A DNA stretch of 37,945 bases from contig NW_021835898.1 in NCBI RefSeq assembly GCF_006345805.1, forward strand, positions 1 through 37,945, read 5' to 3'. The position numbers and the translations under genes are program-made. Below are positions 33,601 to 37,945 of this stretch, piece after piece. This DNA comes from Octopus sinensis (taxonomy: Eukaryota). The first letter of the stretch is position 1. Each line of letters begins with the position of its first letter. The notes beneath the pieces were generated by a model. That model saw only the letters and a list, made by a program, of their open reading frames with translations. It made no database searches and was not told the DNA's origin.

Positions 33601-36600
33601 ACGTGGCCGATGCCAGCGCCGCCTTAGCTGGCTTCCGTGCCGGTGGCACATAGAAAGCACCATCCGAACGTGGCCGATGCCAGCGCCGCCTTAGCTGGCT
33701 TCTGTGCCGGTGGCACATAGAAAGCACCATCCGAACGTGGCCGATGCCAGCGCCGCCTTAGCTGGCTTCCGTGCCGGTGGCACATAGAAAGCACCATCCG
33801 AACGTGGCCGATGCCAGCGCCGCCTTAGCTGGCTTCTGTGCCGGTGGCACATAGAAAGCACCATCCGAACGTGGCCGATGCCAGATTCCCCCCCCCGGCA
33901 CCTGTGCAAGTGGCACATAGAAAGCACCATCCGAACGTGGCCGATGCCAGCGCCGCCTTAGCTGGCTTCTGTGCCGGTGGCACATAAAAAGCACCATCCG
34001 AACGTGGCCGATGCCAGCGCCGCCTTAGCTGGCTTCTGTGCCGGTGGCACATAGAAAGCACCATCCGAACGTGGCCGATGCCAGCGCCGCCTTAGCTGGC
34101 TTCTGTGCCGGTGGCACATAGAAAGCACCATCCGAACGTGGCCGATGCCAGATCCCCCCCCGGCACCTGTGCAAGTGGCACATAGAAAGCACCATCCGAA
34201 CGTGGCCGATGCCAGCGCCGCCTTAGCTGGCTTCTGTGCCGGTGGCACATAAAAAGCACCATCCGAACGTGGCCGATGCCAGCGCTGCCTTAGCTGGCTT
34301 CTGTGCCGGTGGCACATAGAAAGCACCATCCGAACGTGGCCGATGCCAGCGCCGCCTTAGCTGGCTTCTGTGCCGGTGGCACATAGAAAGCACCATCCGA
34401 ACGTGGCCGATGCCAGCGCCGCCTTAGCTGGCTTCTGTGCCGGTGGCACATAGAAAGCACCATCCGAACGTGGCCGATGCCAGCGCCGCCTTAGCTGGCT
34501 TCTGTGCCGGTGGCACATAGAAAGCACCATCCGAACGTGGCCGATGCCAGCGCCGCCTTAGCTGGCTTCTGTGCCGGTGGCACATAGAAAGCACCATCCG
34601 AACGTGGCCGATGCCAGCGCCGCCTTAGCTGGCTTCTGTGCCGGTGGCACATAGAAAGCACCATCCGAACGTGGCCGATGCCAGCGCCGCCTTAGCTGGC
34701 TTCTGTGCCGGTGGCACATAGAAAGCACCATCCGAACGTGGCCGATGCCAGCGCCGCCTTAGCTGGCTTCTGTGCCGGTGGCACATAGAAAGCACCATCC
34801 GAACGTGGCCGATGCCAGCGCCGCCTTAGCTGGCTTCTGTGCCGGTGGCACATAGAAAGCACCATCCGAACGTGGCCGATGCCAGCGCCGCCTTAGCTGG
34901 CTTCTGTGCCGGTGGCACATAGAAAGCACCATCCGAACGTGGCCGATGCCAGCGCCGCCTTAGCTGGCTTCTCTGCCGGTGGCACATAGAAAGCACCATC
35001 CGAACGTGACCGATGCCAGCGCCGCCTTAGCTGGCTTCTGTGCCGGTGGCACATAGAAAGCACCATCCGAACGTGGCCGATGCCAGCGCCGCCTTAGCTG
35101 GCTTCTGTGCCGGTGGCACATAGAAAGCACCATCCGAACGTGGCCGATGCCAGCGCCGCCTTAGCTGGCTTCTGTGCCGGTGGCACATAGAAAGCACCAT
35201 CCGAACGTGGCCGATGCCAGCGCCGCCTTAGCTGGCTTCTGTGCCGGTGGCACATAGAAAGCACCATCCGAACGTGGCCGATGCCAGCGCCGCCTTAGCT
35301 GGCTTCTGTGCCGGTGGCACATAAAAAGCACCATCCGAACGTGACCGATGCCAGCTCCGCCTTAGCTGGCTTCTGTGCCGGGGCACATAGAAAGCACCAT
35401 CCGAACGTGACCGATGCCAGCGCCGCCTTAGCTGGCTTCTGTGCCGGTGGCACATAGAAAGCACCATCCGAACGTGGCCGATGCCAGCGCCGCCTTAGCT
35501 GGCTTCTGTGCCGGTAGCACATAAAAAGCACCATCCGAACGTGACCGATGCCAGCACCGCCTTAGCTGGCTTCTGTGCCGGGGCACATAGAAAGCACCAT
35601 CCGAACGTGACCGATGCCAGCGCCGCCTTAGCTGGCTTCTGTGCCGGTGGCACATAGAAAGCACCATCCGAACGTGGCCGATGCCAGCGCCGCCTTAGCT
35701 GGCTTCTGTGCCGGTGGCACATAGAAAGCACCATCCGAACGTGGCCGATGCCAGCACCGCCTTAGCTGGCTTCTGTGCCGGTGGCACATAGAAAGCACCA
35801 TCCAAACGTGGCCGATGCCAGCGCCGCCTTAGCTGGCTTCTGTGCCGGTGGCACATAGAAAGCACCATCCGAACGTGGCCGATGCCAGCGCCGCCTTAGC
35901 TGGCTTCTGTGCCAGTGGCACATAAAAAGCACCATCCGAACGTGACCGATGCCAGCGCCGCCTTAGCTGGCTTCTGTGCCGGGGCACATAGAAAGCACCA
36001 TCCGAACGTGACCGATGCCAGCGCCGCCTTAGCTGGCTTCTGTGCCGGTGGCACATAGAAAGCACCATCCGAACGTGGCCGATGCCAGCGCCGCCTTAGC
36101 TGGCTTCCGTGCCGGTGGCACATAAAAAGCACCATCCGAACGTGGCCGATGCCAGCGCCGCCTTAGCTGGCTTCTGTGCCGGTGGCACATAGAAAGCACC
36201 ATCCGAACGTGGCCGATGCCAGCGCCGCCTTAGCTGGCTTCTGTGCCGGTGGCACATAGAAAGCACCATCCGAACGTGGCCGATGCCAGCGCCGCCTTAG
36301 CTGGCTTCTGTGCCGGTGGCACATAAAAAGCACCATCCGAACGTGACCGATGCCAGCGCCGCCTTAGCTGGCTTCTGTGCCGGGGCACATAGAAAGCACC
36401 ATCCGAACGTGACCGATGCCAGCGCCGCCTTAGCTGGCTTCTGTGCCGGTGGCACATAGAAAGCACCATCCGAACGTGGCCGATGCCAGCGCCGCCTTAG
36501 CTGGCTTCCGTGCCGGTGGCACATAAAAAGCACCATCCGAACGTGGCCGATGCCAGCGCCGCCTTAGCTGGCTTCTGTGCCGGTGGCACATAGAAAGCAC

Positions 36601-37945
36601 CATCCGAACGTGGCCGATGCCAGCGCCGCCTTAGCTGGCTTCTGTGCCGGTGGCACATAGAAAGCACCATCCGAACGTGGCCAATGCCAGCGCCGCCTTA
36701 GCTGGCTTCTGTGCCGGTGGCACATAAAAAGCACCATCCGAACGTGACCGATGCCAGCGCCGCCTTAGCTGGCTTCTGTGCCGGGGCACATAGAAAGCAC
36801 CATCCGAACGTGACCGATGCCAGCGCCGCCTTAGCTGGCTTCTGTGCCGGTGGCACATAGAAAGCACCATCCGAACGTGGCCGATGCCAGCGCCGCCTTA
36901 GCTGGCTTCTGTGCCGGTAGCACATAAAAAGCACCATCCGAACGTGACCGATGCCAGCGCCGCCTTAGATGGCTTCTGTGCCAGGGCACATAGAAAGCAC
37001 CATCCGAACGTGACCGATGCCAGCGCCGCCTTAGCTGGCTTCTGTGCCGGTGGCACATAGAAAGCACCATCCGAACGTGGCCGATGCCAGCGCCGCCTTA
37101 GCTGGCTTCTGTGCCGGTAGCACATAAAAAGCACCATCCGAACGTGACCGATGCCAGCGCCGCCTTAGCTAGCTTCTGTGCCGGGGCACATAGAAAGCAC
37201 CATCCGAACGTGACCGATGCCAGCGCCGCCTTAGCTGGCTTCTGTGCCGGTGGCACATAGAAAGCACCATCCAAACGTGGCCGATGCCAGCGCCGCCTTA
37301 GCTGGCTTCTGTGCCGGGGCACATAGAAAGCACCATCCGAACGTGACCGATGCCAGCCCCGCCTTAGCTGGCTTCTGTGCCGGTGGCACATAGAAAGCAC
37401 CATCCGAACGTGGCCGATGCCAGCGCCGCCTTAGCTGGCTTCTGTGCCGGGGCACATAAAAAGCACCATCCGAACGTGACCGATGCCAGCGCCGCCTTAG
37501 CTGGCTTCTGTGCCGGTGGCACATAGAAAGCACCATCCGAACGTGGCCGATGCCAGCGCCGCCTTAGCTGGCTTCTGTGCCGGTGGCACATAGAAAGCAC
37601 CATCCGAACGTGGCCGATGCCAGCGCCGCCTTAGCTGGCTTCTGTGCCGGTGGCACATAGAAAGCACCATACGAACGTGACCGATGCCAGCGCCGCCTTA
37701 GCTGGCTTCTGTGCCGGGGCACATAGAAAGCACCATCCGAACGTGGCCGATGCCAGCGCCGCCTTAGCTGGCTTCTGTGCCGGTGGCACATAGAAAGCAC
37801 CATCCGAACGTGGCCGATGCCAGCGCCGCCTTAGCTGGCTTCCGTGCCGGTGGCACATAGAAAGCACCATCCGAACGTGGCCGATGCCAGCGCCGCCTTA
37901 GCTGGCTTCCGTGCCGGTGGCACATAGAAAGCACCATGCGAACGT
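24662..37945 (+). repeat. 67-bp GC-rich satellite array, about 198 units, continuing past the window end
   Basis: The consensus is GCACCATCCGAACGTGGCCGATGCCAGCGCCGCCTTAGCTGGCTTCTGTGCCGGTGGCACATAGAAA (67 nt, 42 G+C, 6 CpG). Units are head-to-tail with no spacers. Eleven variant units carry ATC(C)nGGCACCTGTGCAA. Confidence 0.98.

Noticed and set aside
24593-37870. Dozens of repetitive ORFs (MVLSMCHRHRSQLRRRWHRPRSDGAFYVPPAQKPAKAALASATFGWCFLCATGTEAS), up to 299 aa
   Set aside because: They follow from a 67-bp period with one minus-strand TAA per unit, so each frame stops every third unit. Longer ORFs arise only where indels or variant units skip the stop.
24662-37945. CRISPR array
   Set aside because: Units are contiguous head-to-tail copies with no unique spacers, there are no cas genes, and the context is eukaryotic.

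Overview
Eukaryotic, AT-rich, repeat-saturated genomic DNA with no intact host gene. The (GAT)n-tailed RTE 3' ends and tRNA-head SINEs look like repeat families I recognise from Octopus, so a coleoid cephalopod origin is an inference. Bases 1-24.5 kb are a patchwork of decayed mobile elements: Tx1/L1-clade LINE pieces, several RTE LINE 3' ends, a Helitron cluster, an AT-rich foldback, an internally deleted Gypsy element with a tRNA-Leu PBS, a decayed mariner and a 1585-bp IR-DR Tc1. Microsatellites and two possible pseudo-exons are interspersed. From about 24.65 kb to the end of the window is an array of about 198 copies of a 67-bp, ~63% GC unit. The main observation is that this unit is the same one that occurs as 4-5 diverged copies inside the 3' UTR of the RTE elements at 8.7-9.7 kb and 20.2-20.9 kb. 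The array also starts in register from RTE 3'-UTR flanking sequence, so it appears to be a satellite amplified from inside a LINE 3' UTR, with visible higher-order structure. It is not a CRISPR array.
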